From: Eledone cirrhosa
Lineage: Eukaryota
DNA length: 64,000 bases
Direction: 5' to 3'
Assembly: GCA_964016885.1 (NCBI GenBank)
Contig: OZ024745.1
Span: 93,558,001 to 93,622,000 of the forward strand
Part shown: one piece after another, positions 39,701 to 54,200 of the stretch
Numbering within the stretch: position 1 is the first letter of the stretch
Layout of the letters: each line of letters starts with the position of its first letter
The notes under the pieces: model-generated
What the model was told of the DNA's origin: nothing
What the model saw: only the letters and a program-made list of their open reading frames with translations
Database searches by the model: none
Program-made: the position numbers and the translations under genes

Positions 39701-42700
39701 AATCTTGGCAGGAATAATAATTTCTAAAGTAGTTTCATATTTTTTTTTTTTTTTTTTTTTTAGGAGATTTGAAAATCAATATCTTGGATATAAATGATTG
39801 CAGCCCAGTTTTTGAAAATAATTTTACATTACTAGAATTGGATGAGAACTATCCAACAGGAAATGTTATTGCAACACTCACAGCTACTGATAACGATAAA
39901 GGTGACTCTGTAACATATGAAATTAGTGATAAACCATCACTAATTTCAAATGTTTCAACGAAATTTAACATAACCATAAAAGGTATATTTTTTATTTGGA
40001 TTTTTTATCCTCTATTTTTTGGGGTATAGATATAGATAATAATTTTTAATATATTTTACTTTATGAAATTTCAATCAATTTTGTTGATGTTATGCTGCTA
40101 AGTAAATGTAACTGTCTTTAGTGCTTAACCCTTTAGCATTTACATTACTCTATATATAATATTGTATTTTCATGGTAAAGGATTTACCTCACATAATATT
40201 ACACGATTTTGATATTATTGATTTTGAGAACAATACCTTAACGTCAGTATGAGTGGCCAATTATGGCCAGTTTGAACAGAAAAATGTGAGAGAATTCTAG
40301 CCGGATACGGCCGGTTTAAATGCTAAAGAGTTAAGGGATTTAGTTTCAGAGTGTGTGGGGGTCACTGCTTCCATTGCTGAATGGAATAAAATCTGGTAAT
40401 ACAGGGATCTATCTATCAATTATTTTTTCAAGCTTGTGGCATTCGAGACATTTGGTGGAGTTGGGCTGCTGACAGTGAAGTTCTTGTCATCACTAGCGGC
40501 TCACCTTACTGAAGTGTCAGGTGATACCCGTGTTGGTGCCTGGTTGTTTCAGTGCCTTAGCCTTGCCATCACTGGTGGTAACGCTGCTAGTGCATTGGAT
40601 TGCTTCAAAATATTCCATTGACCCTTGTGATGTGCAGCCAATTGTCGGACTTGGTGGTGAATTGATGGTTGTTTTTGTTTCCCTCTCTTTTTTTTTTTCT
40701 CTCACTCTGGTCATATATTTTGGTGTGTTGTATTTGTGAGGTTCCTTGCAATACTTAATTGTGTTTATATGTCCATTCTAAAAGAATTGGGAACAATTTA
40801 TAATGTTATTTATGTATATATTTAAAACAAATAAATTCCTTGATTAGAAATAATTTGCCTTTGGATATGATGCTAGTCAATCATAAATCCAATTATTAGA
40901 TTATATAGTACATATTCTCAATAGCTATGTTAACAGATGCAGGATGGAATAAAGCATTCTGTTGGGATACACAATAAAACAACTGATATGGTTTGACTCT
41001 TGATCAATGAAGAGTGAATCTAGCAACTTTTTGTTTCTGTGTCCAGTCATTTGAGCGAAGTCATTTTGAGTGAAGTTAAAATTATGTGTATTTTGAGCAT
41101 TGTCTATTAAGTGATGTCAGTTTGAGCAAACCTCAAACTGTTTTTTTAAAGACTCTTTGAACGAAGTTGATAAAAATAAAAATATACTAAAAATCTACAA
41201 TTTTTTTTTGTGCAAATAATTACACCTTCACAATAGGTAAATAAAAATTGTTAAAAATCGACAATGTTTAAAATTAATCTTTGCTGAAATTACCGTTCAT
41301 TCTTAATGTTTCACTCAAAATGAATGGAACCTTTTGCTTCTATTTGTTGAATATGTATATCATGAGCAAAGATAGTTGGAGAATCAACAAGAAGCCATTG
41401 TTGCTGTTTAACACCAGGTCAACTCTGGGTTAAGCAGACCTATGATTAAAGGCATTCCAGCCATGACCATATTGTTCTACTCTTGAGCATTGTGCACCTC
41501 AGTCTATATTATATAATGTATTCTTCATTTTTTTAAGTGAAAGGTGTGAGTTGAGAGATATTTGACTGCTAATTTTAGCAGGTTGAGCAACTACATAAAG
41601 TTTACCTCATTGGTTCAAGAAATTGTTTGAAGAAATAGATTCTTCTGTCCAGTCTGAGTGCTGGATTCATAGACAGTTTGTAGTGAGCAGGAGCTTTCTG
41701 AAAGTTGAAGTGGCTCTTATCAATAAAAATTGATTTTTGTTAATTTTTAGTTTTTCACTTTCAGGTGAAATTTATTTAAATTCACAATTGGATCGAGAAG
41801 AACTGTCTAACTTCACATTTTATGTTGTGGCCAAGGATTCCTTATCACCAACACAAGTCTCCACAGCAACTGTTTCTGTGGTTGTTAAAGATATTAATGA
41901 TAATGCCCCAGAATTTCAGGGAATTAAACCTTCATTATCTGTACCAGAAAATACTACTGTAAATTCCACACTTGTTACAATAAAAGCAACAGATAAAGAC
42001 ATAGGAATACATGCCAATATTATATATAGTCTAGCAGTTATTGATGGAAATTCTCCTTTTGAAATTGGTGAAATAACTGTGAGTATTCATTATCCTGAGA
42101 TCAAATGTTTATTTTGTTTTCTTTTTAACACATTTGATAAAACCAATTACCTATATTTGTTTATTTTGGGTACAAACTGAGGAAAATGTGTTTTATGAAC
42201 TGAGTGTATGCTGAAGTCTGTGAGGCTGATGTTATGGAGAAGACACAATAACCTCCTCCTCCTCTCGTAGACACACACACATACATGTAAGGAAACACCG
42301 TCTCCCAGCATAGCTTGCCTCCTTTCTTCATTTCCATTGCTGGATAGGTTAGAAATCTTTTTTGAAAGAAGAACCTACATATGTATGCATATTTACAATA
42401 ATATTTTTGTGTATATATTCATGTATAAATATATGTATACTGTGTAATTAAGTCCCCTAAGAAATCCCTCTGATGGTACATGATGAGCTAAATGAACTGT
42501 TGCATATCAGCTAATCATGTACAGCTCATCAGACCCAGAATTTGGATTTAATAGCAAGATAGCCTGATGTCTGAGGTTAAATACTCTCAAGATATTCTTT
42601 CCCATTGACATTTCTAGGCCCACTACAACACTAAACTTTATACTGAAAAAAAAACCCCTCACAAAGCAATTGTCAAATTTACAGTGTTAAAAATTTACTA

Positions 42701-45700
42701 CAGTAAATTGTTCCAGTTCTCTAGTACCTATTTACATGTAGGGGAATTAGGGAACAGATAGCTCAACAACTAGTATTAGACAGTAATTTTATCTGCCATA
42801 GTTTAATTAATGCCATATATACTGAGCTGCACTTCTTTCCCAACATGCAATTTGTCTACTGAACCAATGAATCTCAATACAAAATGTATGGTCATTTGTA
42901 GATGCCAAAAGCAATATGGTGTTAGCTGATAATGCTTAAATAGTTCTCTTAAAATAACCAAAATATGTTTATGGATAATTATAACTAATGAAGAAATAAA
43001 AATATAACATAAGAATATATTTCTTTTAAAAGATTATGGAAGTTGAAGAACACCACAGCCAGTAACAAAATTAAAAGCATATTACTAAGGAAGAGTAATT
43101 AGAGACATGCAATATAGAGGAACAGTGGGAATTCCTGAAAGTTAACCTGCTGAAGGTGACTGATGAAATCTGTGGCTGGAGCAAACCATTAGGCAGGGGG
43201 AGAGTGACATGGTGGTGGAACAGTAAGGTGGAGGAGTCAATCAAGGGCAAAAAGCAGGCTTTGAAAGAATGGCAGGATGGGGGTAGTAGAGAACTCTATC
43301 GGGTGGCTAGGAGAGAAGCTAAGCGACAAGTATACTTTTCAAAAAGGGAAGCAGAGGCTAGAAAGTTCAAGCATATTCTACAATTTGAGAATCAAAAATG
43401 TGAGGTGTTCAGGATTGCAAGACAATGTGTTAAGGAAAATTGTGATATTGTCGGGGAGAAGGGTGTCCGTAATGACAATGGTATACTTGCCCTCACTGAT
43501 ACTGATAAGAAGGTAGCTTGGAAGTGTCACTACAAGAGCCTACTAAATGAGGAGAATGAATGGGATAAAGATAGTCTTCCCCAAATTGATCCAACAGAAG
43601 GACGAGCTGCGCAAGTTAATGGTAGTATAGTAAGTAAGGCAATCAAATATATAAAGAGAGGCAAAGCAGCTGGGTCTATGGAGATAGTTGCTGAGATGCT
43701 GAGAGGCTGAAAGCATCTGGAATGGTTGGACATACTATGGTCATCCGGATAGTAAACCAAGTAATACTGAATAGGGTCATACCAAATGACTGGCATAGCA
43801 GCAGCATCGTCAGCTGTTACAAGGCCAAAGGAGATACCCTAGATAGAGGAAACTATAGAGGCATAAGTTAGTTGACCAAGTCATGAAGGTCACAGAAAGA
43901 GTTATTACTCAACTGATTAGAGACCAAATTGATCTAGATGAAATGCAGTTTGGGTTTGTGCCAGGTAAAAGTACCACAGATGCTCTTTTCCTTGTGGGGC
44001 AACTACAGTAGAAGTACCTAGCTAAAAGTAAATCCCTCTACTTAGCTTTTGTTGACTTGGAGAAAGCCTTTGACAGAGTCGCCACTCTATTATCTGGTGG
44101 GCTCTTAGAAGACTAGAAGTAGATGAGTGGCTTGTGCGAGATTTACAAGCAAGGCTCCATCCTTAGCCCTCCCTTCTGTTTATTATTATCCTACAGGCTA
44201 TAACAGAAGAGTTTAAGACTGACTGCCCATGGGAACTTCTATATGCAGATGATCTAACTCTCATAGCTGAATCTATGGTTGAACTAGAGAAGAAATTCCA
44301 AACATGGAAGAAAGGCCTAGTATCTAAAGGCCTTAAAGTTAACTTGTCTAAGACTAAAGTTCTAGTATGTAGAAAAGAGAATAGAGCACAGCTGCCCTCT
44401 GGGAAATGGCCATGCTCAGTGTGTAAGAAAGGAGTAGGTAGAAATTCCATTCTATACCCCAAATGCAAACTATGGATACATAAAAGGTGGTGGGATCACA
44501 GGTAAGCTATCTAAGAACGTAGATTTTATATGTGGCAGTAAGTACCAAGGGCCCACCGGATTCTATCGCCTTCAACTGCCCAGATGGTTCTATAGAAATA
44601 GTGGACACTTTCTGTTACCTGGGTGATAAAATCAGCAGTGGAGGAGGGTGTTCTGAAAGTACAGTAGCCAGAGTTAGAACGGGATGGAAAAAGTTCAGAG
44701 CGCTAATACCGCTGTTGGCCACAAAGAGTTTTTCTCTAAAAATGAAAGCAGATTGTATGAGGCTTGTATATGAACAGCAATAGTACATGGTAGTGATACC
44801 TGGGTGTTGTGTACAGAAGACTTGCGTAGATTAGAAAAGATGAAGTTTGCATGCTCTGATGGATGTGTAATAGTAATGTATGCGAATGGGAAAGCATAAA
44901 CGAATTGAGAGATAAGAGGTATCCAATGTTGTGTGCAGGAGAGGAGATTATGTTGGTATGAACATGTGATGCATATGAAGGACGATCAAAATTGATGGAA
45001 GCTGCGGAGTGGGTAGACCAAGAAAAACTGACCTTGCTCACTTACACCTCTCTAAGACAATGTCACTGGATCGAGATCTTTGGCGCTATGCAGTTATACA
45101 GAAGCCTTCCCTTGCCTACAAACTTAAACCTATTGTCAGTAGGCACCTCTTAACCCAATCCACACACCCTACTCCATCACCCCACTTCCGTCCACTGTAA
45201 AGTCGTTGTGCAGGTGACACGACAAAAAGCACCCAGTCCACACTGTAAAGTGGTTGTGTAGGAGACACGGTAAAAAGACTCCCAGTCAACACTGTAAATG
45301 TGGTTGGTGTTAGAAAGGGCATCCAGCCATAGAAACCCTGCCAGAAACAGTTCTGTACATGCAAGACACGGTCTCCCAACCAATCTTGCTTCAAGTGGGA
45401 CAAAACCGTCCAACCCATGCTAGCGTGGAAGATGGACATTAAATGATGATGATCATCATAATATTACACCATTTTATACATCATTTATTATTGCTCCCAA
45501 AACTATAAAATAATGGTTTTGTTGCTTAACTTCATGCTATAGTAGTGTACTTTAATCATTCCCTGATAAACTTCAAAACCCGTGTTGTACACTAGGAAAT
45601 ATATTTTATATAATTGAAATATGATAGTGTGTGTATGTTGAGATAGCCTAAGACGGTTACTTGTCTTGTTACTGTATGTGATAAAATGTAACATGGAATT

Positions 45701-48700
45701 AATTTAAGAGCTACCAAAGGATTTGATTACAATGTAGTTCTATTAAATACTTTTACATGGAAAAATATAATGTCTAGTTTTGAATAATTTGATGAAACTG
45801 AAATAAAATTTCCTTAAATGAGATCAATCTATTTCCTTTTCAGGGAAATATAATATTAACTTCAGAACTCGACAGAGAGAAAGTGGATAAGTACAATGTT
45901 CTTATTTTTGCTAAGGATAATTATGTGCAAGAAAGCAAATATTATCAATCTGGCTGGAAACAAAACACTACTACCATCATCATCAGTGTAACAGATGTTA
46001 ATGACAACCATCCTGTATTTAAACCTGATAAATATTCCGGAAGTGTTGTAGAAACCGAAAGTACAGGAAATGTCTTGACTGTTACAGCTACTGATAAAGA
46101 TATAGGTGAAAATAGTAAAATTGAATACGCTTTACAAGGAAATGAATCTAACTTCTTTACGATTGATAAAGCCAAAGGTATACTGAGAATTCAATCAGAT
46201 TTAAAAAATAAAGTAGGACTCTATTATTTCAATGTTACAGCAATAGACCAAGGAATTCCACATTTAAGTTCAACTGCTCGTATTTGTATCAATGTTACTG
46301 ACGTTAACAACAACTATCCAGAATTCTCAAAATCTAATGATACAGTTAACATACCAGAGGTAAGTATGTTTTAAATCATATATATATATAACAAGAGAAA
46401 TATATATATAACAGAGCTAATTTGATCTATGTCGACCCATCCAGTCCTTCCTAGCAGGAAAAGCAGACATTAAATGATGATGATGATGAATGCATATAGT
46501 TGTTTTTAATTAGGACAGTAACATTCCTGAACTACGCTGAAACTAAAAAAGACTATAGCAGCTCTCAAAACTTTGGCATTTTGATTGCTAGATATGTTCC
46601 GTCTTGAATTGCACTGATAATTCTATATTGTATGTTATTACCATCATGTACAACAGTTATTAGTTGCAAAACTCCACTAATTTCTCTAGCTCAACAAGAG
46701 AAGGTTTGCAAGCATCTTGTTCATTGCTCTTTACTTGAATAATTTGTTTTTTAAAAAGCAATCAAAAATGGATTCAAAACAGAAAAAAAGACCATGTACC
46801 AGAATGCCTGAAGTTCAGTTCGGGTCGGAAGTAGCCTGAGCAAAGAGTTTGAAATTAATTTCAGTGTGTCTCAGTCCACTGCTCTTCATAGTCATCTTGG
46901 AGGCCCTGTCTTGAGAATTCCGTACAAGCTGCCTTTTAGAAGCCTTGTATGCTGATGACCTCATTATCATGACAGAAAGCATGGAGTGGCTGATCTAGAA
47001 ACTGGAGCACTGGAAAGATGGAATGGAGAGTAGAGGACTATGTGTCAACATGGGCTGGACCAAGGTTCTGATCTCTGGATCTGGCGTGGACACTCTCTGG
47101 AAATTGGTCAGGGACCCATGTGCCATTTGTTTCATGGGCACAGGTCGAGGCATGGTTTTCTGTGGAGGTTGCTCTATGTGGATACACAGGAAATGCAGTG
47201 GTCTAACTGACGGAATAGTGTACATGGACGACTTCAGATGTAAGAGGTGCCGTGGAACAGCAAGGCCAATTGACAGTTGGCCTTTCACAGAGGTGCCTAT
47301 TGGTGAGGACAAGCTGGGTGACATGCCCAAACGAAATGTCTTGATTTACATGTTTCTATGTCAAATTTTGAAACAGCAGGGTTAAATATATTTTATATAT
47401 GTGTCCCCTACCAATACCTTCCATTGTATCTTTATTGCAGATCTTTAAAAAGCAATATGGTGTTAGCTGATATAGTTCTCTTAAAATAACCAAAATATGT
47501 TTATGGATAATTATAATTAATGAAGAAATAAAAATAATATAACATAAGAATATATTAAAAACATTATATTACACCATTTTATACATCATTTATTATTGCT
47601 CCCAAAACTATAAAATAATGGTTTTAAATACATTTTATATAAATGGTTTTGTTGCTTAACAGGTAGTATACCTTATTTATTCCCTGATAAACTTCCAAAC
47701 CCGTGTTGTACACTAGGAAATACATTTTATATAATTGAAATATGAAGGAGATAGTGTGTGTATGTTCACTGAATCAATCATTTCCTGAATGACTAGAGTG
47801 CAGGATCTGTTCCTCCCTCTCCCTTGCCCTTTCCTTTGTTGCTTTGTTGCTTCATTGTCTTTTTTTTTTCTTTTCCTTTTTTTTTGTTTCATTTAAATAT
47901 TATTTTTTTGTCTTACTTAACAATGTTATCATCAACTATAACAACAGCCAATGTATTTCCTAGCAGAGAAAGATACATCGACAATCGAATTACAAACACA
48001 CGCACACATATCTACATATACATAAACAGACACAGAGAAAATAATTATTATATACATACATATCTATGTGATGACTAAGGAAGGGAGGGGGTAACAAACT
48101 ATAGAAGACCAGTGTTCTAAGATCTCTTACACTCGTGACTGTATATGTGTAGCCAATTTTTATTTATTTATTGGATTTTTATTTGGTTAAACATACAGAA
48201 AAAGAAAGCAGTATTGGAAAGGACTATAAATGCTATAAATGAGAGGAATTACTAGACAAAGGAAGGGGAGAGGGTGACAGACTCTACACCTAGGTCACAG
48301 CGGTGTTTCAGTTGCACTCCGCAAAGAAAATGGCAATGGCATTTCTACGGACAATGGCCAGTGGCACATGCTGCAACAACCACCTCACCTCACCTCACAG
48401 GGCTCCTTCCTCAGATGGGTTGCTATTGATCCGATTTTACAGAAAGACTCTGCTGTTTAGTGTTCAAGGATGCTTGAGGTCTTGACGGTGACCGGTGCAA
48501 TGAGGAAGCGGCCAGACATGCCCTAGTATTTGTTTGTCATCCTGTCCTCTGCGTTGCCTGCATGGCCGAAGCGATTAAGTTGGAGGCAGAGAACGTGTCA
48601 CAACATTACATTAAACAACATATAGATAAACATAAATGTGTAATTAAAATATACTTGATATTTTAAAGCTGATGCTGTGAGACTTCGACAAATATAATCA

Positions 48701-51231
48701 AATGACTACTGTTATCTCTTCTGTGACCAGACAAAGGTGGGATGACTTGACCTGTTTTTCAGTTTAGTTGGATTTATCTTCAGAAGTCATGTAACTATAT
48801 CTTCTTCCTATCAAGAAACGTATAGCTTATGGATATTCATATGCATTAAATCATTTGGTTTGTTCTGCAGAAGAGATAAAAACATTAATTTGTTTACATT
48901 TGTCAAAAGCTTAAAGCATCAACTAAAAAGCTAAGTTTACCTTAATACATATCTATCATTATCTTTTTCCTTTATTTTCACTGAACATCTATGAATAACC
49001 TCTTTGCCTTAGTATTTTCATCAAATCTCTATAATGAATTGTTAAAAATTTGACAACATATGTAAATTAAAATATTTTGGTAATATTAAAGAGACAATTG
49101 AGCACTAGATTAAATAGCTCTACATTCTAAATTCAAATCTAGCTGAGGCTTACTTTACATTCATCCTATCAGTATTGATGAAATAATTGTTTCTACTTTT
49201 GCCACAAGGCCAGCAATTATCCCAGTGCATTACTGGTACTTTATTTTATCGAACTCGTAAGGCAAAGTTAACCTTAGCGGGATTTGAACTCAGAATGGCA
49301 GGGGCTGTAACTCTATGCGTCAAAGCATGGTGTCCGACCCTCTACCGATACTGCCAATCCACCAATAAGTATCAATTATATTCTGAAAGTCAGTTCAATC
49401 AACTGAACTCTTCTCCAAACTTGTGCAATTGTGTCAATGTTAAAAATCAATAATAACTCTAAAAAGACAAAGAAATGAATTTGAATGTGTATTTGATAAA
49501 TGATCCATATAACTGTATATAAATTCTGTTTTAATGCACTACTTTTTTCAGAACAAATTCTTTGCCAATGCTAACAGAAGAAATTTTTAAAATATTATTT
49601 TTAATATTTAGGAGTTTTTTTCTTTTTCAGTCCACATGTGCAGGCACTGAAATCTATAACCTCAGTGTAACTGACAAAGACTTTGGTGTTAATAAAGAAA
49701 TTAAATTTAAAGTGGAAAATGGAGTTGATAGCAGTAATTTTAAAGTAAATGAAATTGGAAGTGTTATTTTGGCAAAGCAGCTAGATTATGAAGATAAACC
49801 AGTCTACCAAGTAAGATTATTATAAATTCTTTTACAATCATTTCAATACCAACCTCACAAAAGCTATTCTTGGTCTTATCTTACTAAATTGTCTCATAAT
49901 ACTGTCCAAATTGAAGTGTTCATATTTATTTCAAAATCTTATAAAAGTACTCAGAATAAAATTCCATTATAAATTTATATTAACATCCAGTCCAAACTAA
50001 TGAGGTTGTGTAAAAAAACACACAGTCCACACTGTAATGTGATTGGTATTAGGAAGGGCATCCAGCCATAGAAAACCTGCCAACTAGTCCTATACGAGCG
50101 AGACATGGTCACTCAACCAATCTTGTCTCAAGTGGGACAATTCCTGTCTAACCCATGCTAGCATGGAAGATAGAGGTTAAACGAAGATGATGAGGATCTT
50201 ATTTCATATTGTATTCCAAACATCATCAACTTAATGTAATCCATAGCTAAACTTTTTATAAATCACTAGGATTTATGAGACTGAGGTTTTCTAGTTTCCT
50301 TGATGATAAACAGGCGAAAATTAAGACACTGATTGATGGAGGGTAGATTTTCCTGCTGAAGGACTTAAACTCAGCAATGCAAGCTAATCAAATATTTGTA
50401 AATCCACAGTGCTACCATTGTGTATGGTACCTTACAGAGTTAAGCAGATTTAATTTTTGAAAATGAAGTCCTTTGCTTGTGAACACGATACTACACCAGT
50501 AATTAGGTATATGCACCAACTTTTTGTTTTGACTGATATCATGATACTCTATTGATTGCACTCCCTAATTTCCTCAGAGTCTGGATCGTAATATATTTAA
50601 AATTGTTAGTATCATGAGTCGAAAAGATAATCTAGTGTACTTATAAATATTTTGTAAAAATAATGTTCATCAAAAGAAAGCAACTACCTACAGATTTTAT
50701 TCCTGTTATTAACAAGAAAGGGCCTTGGATTGGCAGTATCTGTAGAGGGTCGGACGCCATGCTTTGCAGCATAGTTCCCTTTACGGTTTGAGTTCAAATC
50801 CCACTAGGGTTAACTTTACCTTTCATCCTTATGGGGTCGATAAAATAAAGTACCAGTAATGCACTGGTATAATTGCTGGCCTTGTGCCAAAAGTAGAAAC
50901 AATTATTATTAACAAGAACGTGTGGTCACACTACTTCAGTAAAGAGAAACTACACAATAGAAATTGCTCAAATGACTCGGACTGTTTTGTAAATAGAGTA
51001 CATTTCAACCTCTTTATCTTTGGTTGTGAGTACATATACACCAATCAATGAATTGAGTAGGTGATGTGTACAGTCAACCAAAAGACTAATTGAAGAAAAG
51101 CAGAGTTAGGATATGTAAACCTGTTTATGTGGATAAACATAAATATATATTAGATTTTACATATTTCTAATACAAGATTGTATTGAGTATATACTTGTAT
51201 ATCATTGTATGTCAAAATACATCCTCCTGCT

Positions 51232-51281
<50 letters not shown>

Positions 51282-54200
51282 TATATATAACTTAAAGTTA
51301 AAAATGAGGACAAGCAAGGAGAGCAATTACATAAAGTCTTATTAGTTTCATACTTATGGGAAAAGGAAAGGAAAAGCAAACAGAATGTCTCAACATATTG
51401 GACATTAGTCCTTCATCAGAAGAGATAAAGGTTGCAGAGATAGGAGCTTGAAAGCGAAAAAAGGTGTATGTATGTTTGTCTGGGTGATTTTATTATTTCA
51501 TAAATTTTCACCAATAGAGTGACAATTGGTTTCTAACATAGAAACAAGATTCATTCATTTGAATTTAGACATCAACTAGGTAAATGCATGTGTGTGTGTG
51601 CAGGTATGGATGTTATTGTATGTTTTGAGTACACATGCATATGTTTCTGTATCTATACATCTGTATATGCAGTTATTACATGCAGAATCACTGGAATGAT
51701 TTTACATATTTTTACAGTTCCATTAAGGGATTGTACTTGTAACTTGCTAACTACTCATGTTCTTTCTGGTTCTGTGAAGCCCAACTTCTCAAGATTTGTA
51801 CTGAGACAGTTAGCAACATATCCCAAAGCCCTAATAATCACAGGTATAGTCAGGGTGGAGTATCTGCAGATTCATCATTAGTTCAGCACAATTGTTCTCC
51901 GTTTCACTAATCTTTAGCATTATACTGATATCTGCTGGGCAGCTAATTTCCACTACTGTGCATACCTTCTTTTCTCTGGTCTAATATGTTTGCATTTTGA
52001 CTAGAACATTCCACCAGTACTCTTTCATATGATGTACGATTCATATGTCCACCACATCACTGTAACTTTTTATATGTTTATTCTCAGGACTAACTTTTCT
52101 ACAGATTACATTGTATAGTGCTTTGGTCACTACATTTTGCCTTGTAGGTAGATAGTATCACGATTATATCTTTGGACAGCTGCTTATGATGTGGGTGACA
52201 TCTTTGATGCTTATTCCACTGAGTCTGCATCTGTTGTCACATCTAAGTGTTTTGCCTGCATCCCTATCTCTTTTGTGCATTAAGTATTTCATTGTTATTT
52301 TCTATTCTTGGATTGCAAAAGCTTATCCTTCAAAGTGAGAGCCAATATATTGGCTGTTGGTCCAAGATAGACTGCTTTGCTTATCTATGAGGGTGGGCTG
52401 AAAAGTTAGATAGGCTGACTATGAAGGAGTGATGTTAGAGCTATGAAATCTTGCATACATTAATTTCAACTCTTCTTATTTAAAACTGCATTGTATATTA
52501 CTCTCATTTTTAAAGTTTCTTGTAACACAGCCATGCATTACTTTTTGCTGATAAGCATGCAGCTTTTCATCCATGGATTCATTGTGGTATTGCTGTGCAA
52601 TTTCCCTGGGTGTGAAATTTTGGTTATCATGCAGAGAGTGTTTCCTTCCCAACTCTCATGATGTTATCCGCTTCATGTAGACAGACTTGTTCTATAGATG
52701 GGTGTCTATGCTTGGTGGTTCATAGATGTTGTCAGAAGGATATGGTATGACATTCAAATGCTGTTCAGATTGACATTAAGCCTCTGCCTCCCTATTTTTA
52801 ATTTTCAGGTAGAGGCAGTCAGTGTCGTTGTTAATGTGGAAATTTCTAGTGTCACTTAGAACCTTTGGCGTTTTAGCATTAATAGCTTGGATCTCATCTA
52901 GCATCCAGTCAAATAGTCCAAATGTTTGTGTCAGCACAGGCACAGAAAATACATTGTAGGCTACTGATTTACTGTGCAGAGAGTTCAGAAAACCATATTT
53001 TTCTTATTCAGATGTTATATTCTCTAGGTAGTTGTTCCTTGCTACAAATACCATCATAGGGTATATTTTCATCTATCCCAATTCAAAGAGTCTGTCATTT
53101 TTATGAATAGATAATAGTAGCGCCTCAACATATCAACCAAAATTTCTGAACCAATAAGAGAATAAAAGAATGATATCTAAATTTTATTTCTAGGTTGAAA
53201 TAAAAGCTACAGACAGCGGTGATCCTCCACTTTCTACTTCATTTACTTTATTTGTGAAAATTGAAAACATTAATGATGAACCTCCTGAATTTGACAAAGT
53301 CAATCAGTCAATGACCATAAACGAAGGACCACCACCAATATCTGTAGGCACTGTCAAAGCTAGAAATTCAGAATTTAATCTCTGTTATACTATTGGTGAG
53401 TATAAACTTTGAAAAGTTGTCAAGAAAAATAAATGAATCAATTATTCTAATTTTCAGAATATAAGAAGAATTTTCTATTTTAACAAAATCTAAATATTAT
53501 ATATCAAAATGCATCTTAAAATCTAAACATCATAAATTTAGATATATTGAGTATGGTTAAGGTTTTTTAAAGACTTTATTCCCAAAGACTTTTGAAAAGT
53601 CTAAACATTAGCTATGACAAATATAAATGACACAATTAGCATATTATGCAAAATTTTGTCAAGAAATACCTCATTGTTTTAATTTTACATTCAGTTTTTA
53701 TGCAGGCATGAATTGAGCAGGTGATTATGGATGAGGTCAGTTTTTATTTAAAGTTACTACCCTCCTAGATGGGCTATGGGATTACATCTTGTTTAATTGT
53801 TCCATTGTTTTAATGTGACACTAGTAATAAGGAGGTTGTCATGTCTATGGCATGATTAAAGGGTTCTCTTTACCCTACATAGTCTTTGTGCAATTGCCAA
53901 TCACTTTACAGGGTGTTCTAGGTGCATTTTATTGTGGAATAAACTCTAAAGTGGATTGTCTTATCTCCTGCAAAGCTAAAGAATCCTTTCCACTTGACAT
54001 CATCTCTGTTCTTTTAGATAAGTATGCCCAGGAATATGAATATAAAAGAGGAGAGAGTATAAATATGAAAGTGAATGGAGGAAACAGAGTGATAGAAAGG
54101 GCTAATGGAAGCTGGGAATATTTTTAACTCCTTTCCCAGCAGTGATTCTCCCTCTTATATTTCCTATAACTATCAACAAAATGGAAATACCTTTAGTATA

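Noticed and set aside
51340-51425. Minus-strand hammerhead (ctgatgaaggactaatgtcc)
   Set aside because: Stem II forms, but GAAA does not follow it and there is no stem III; too degenerate to call.
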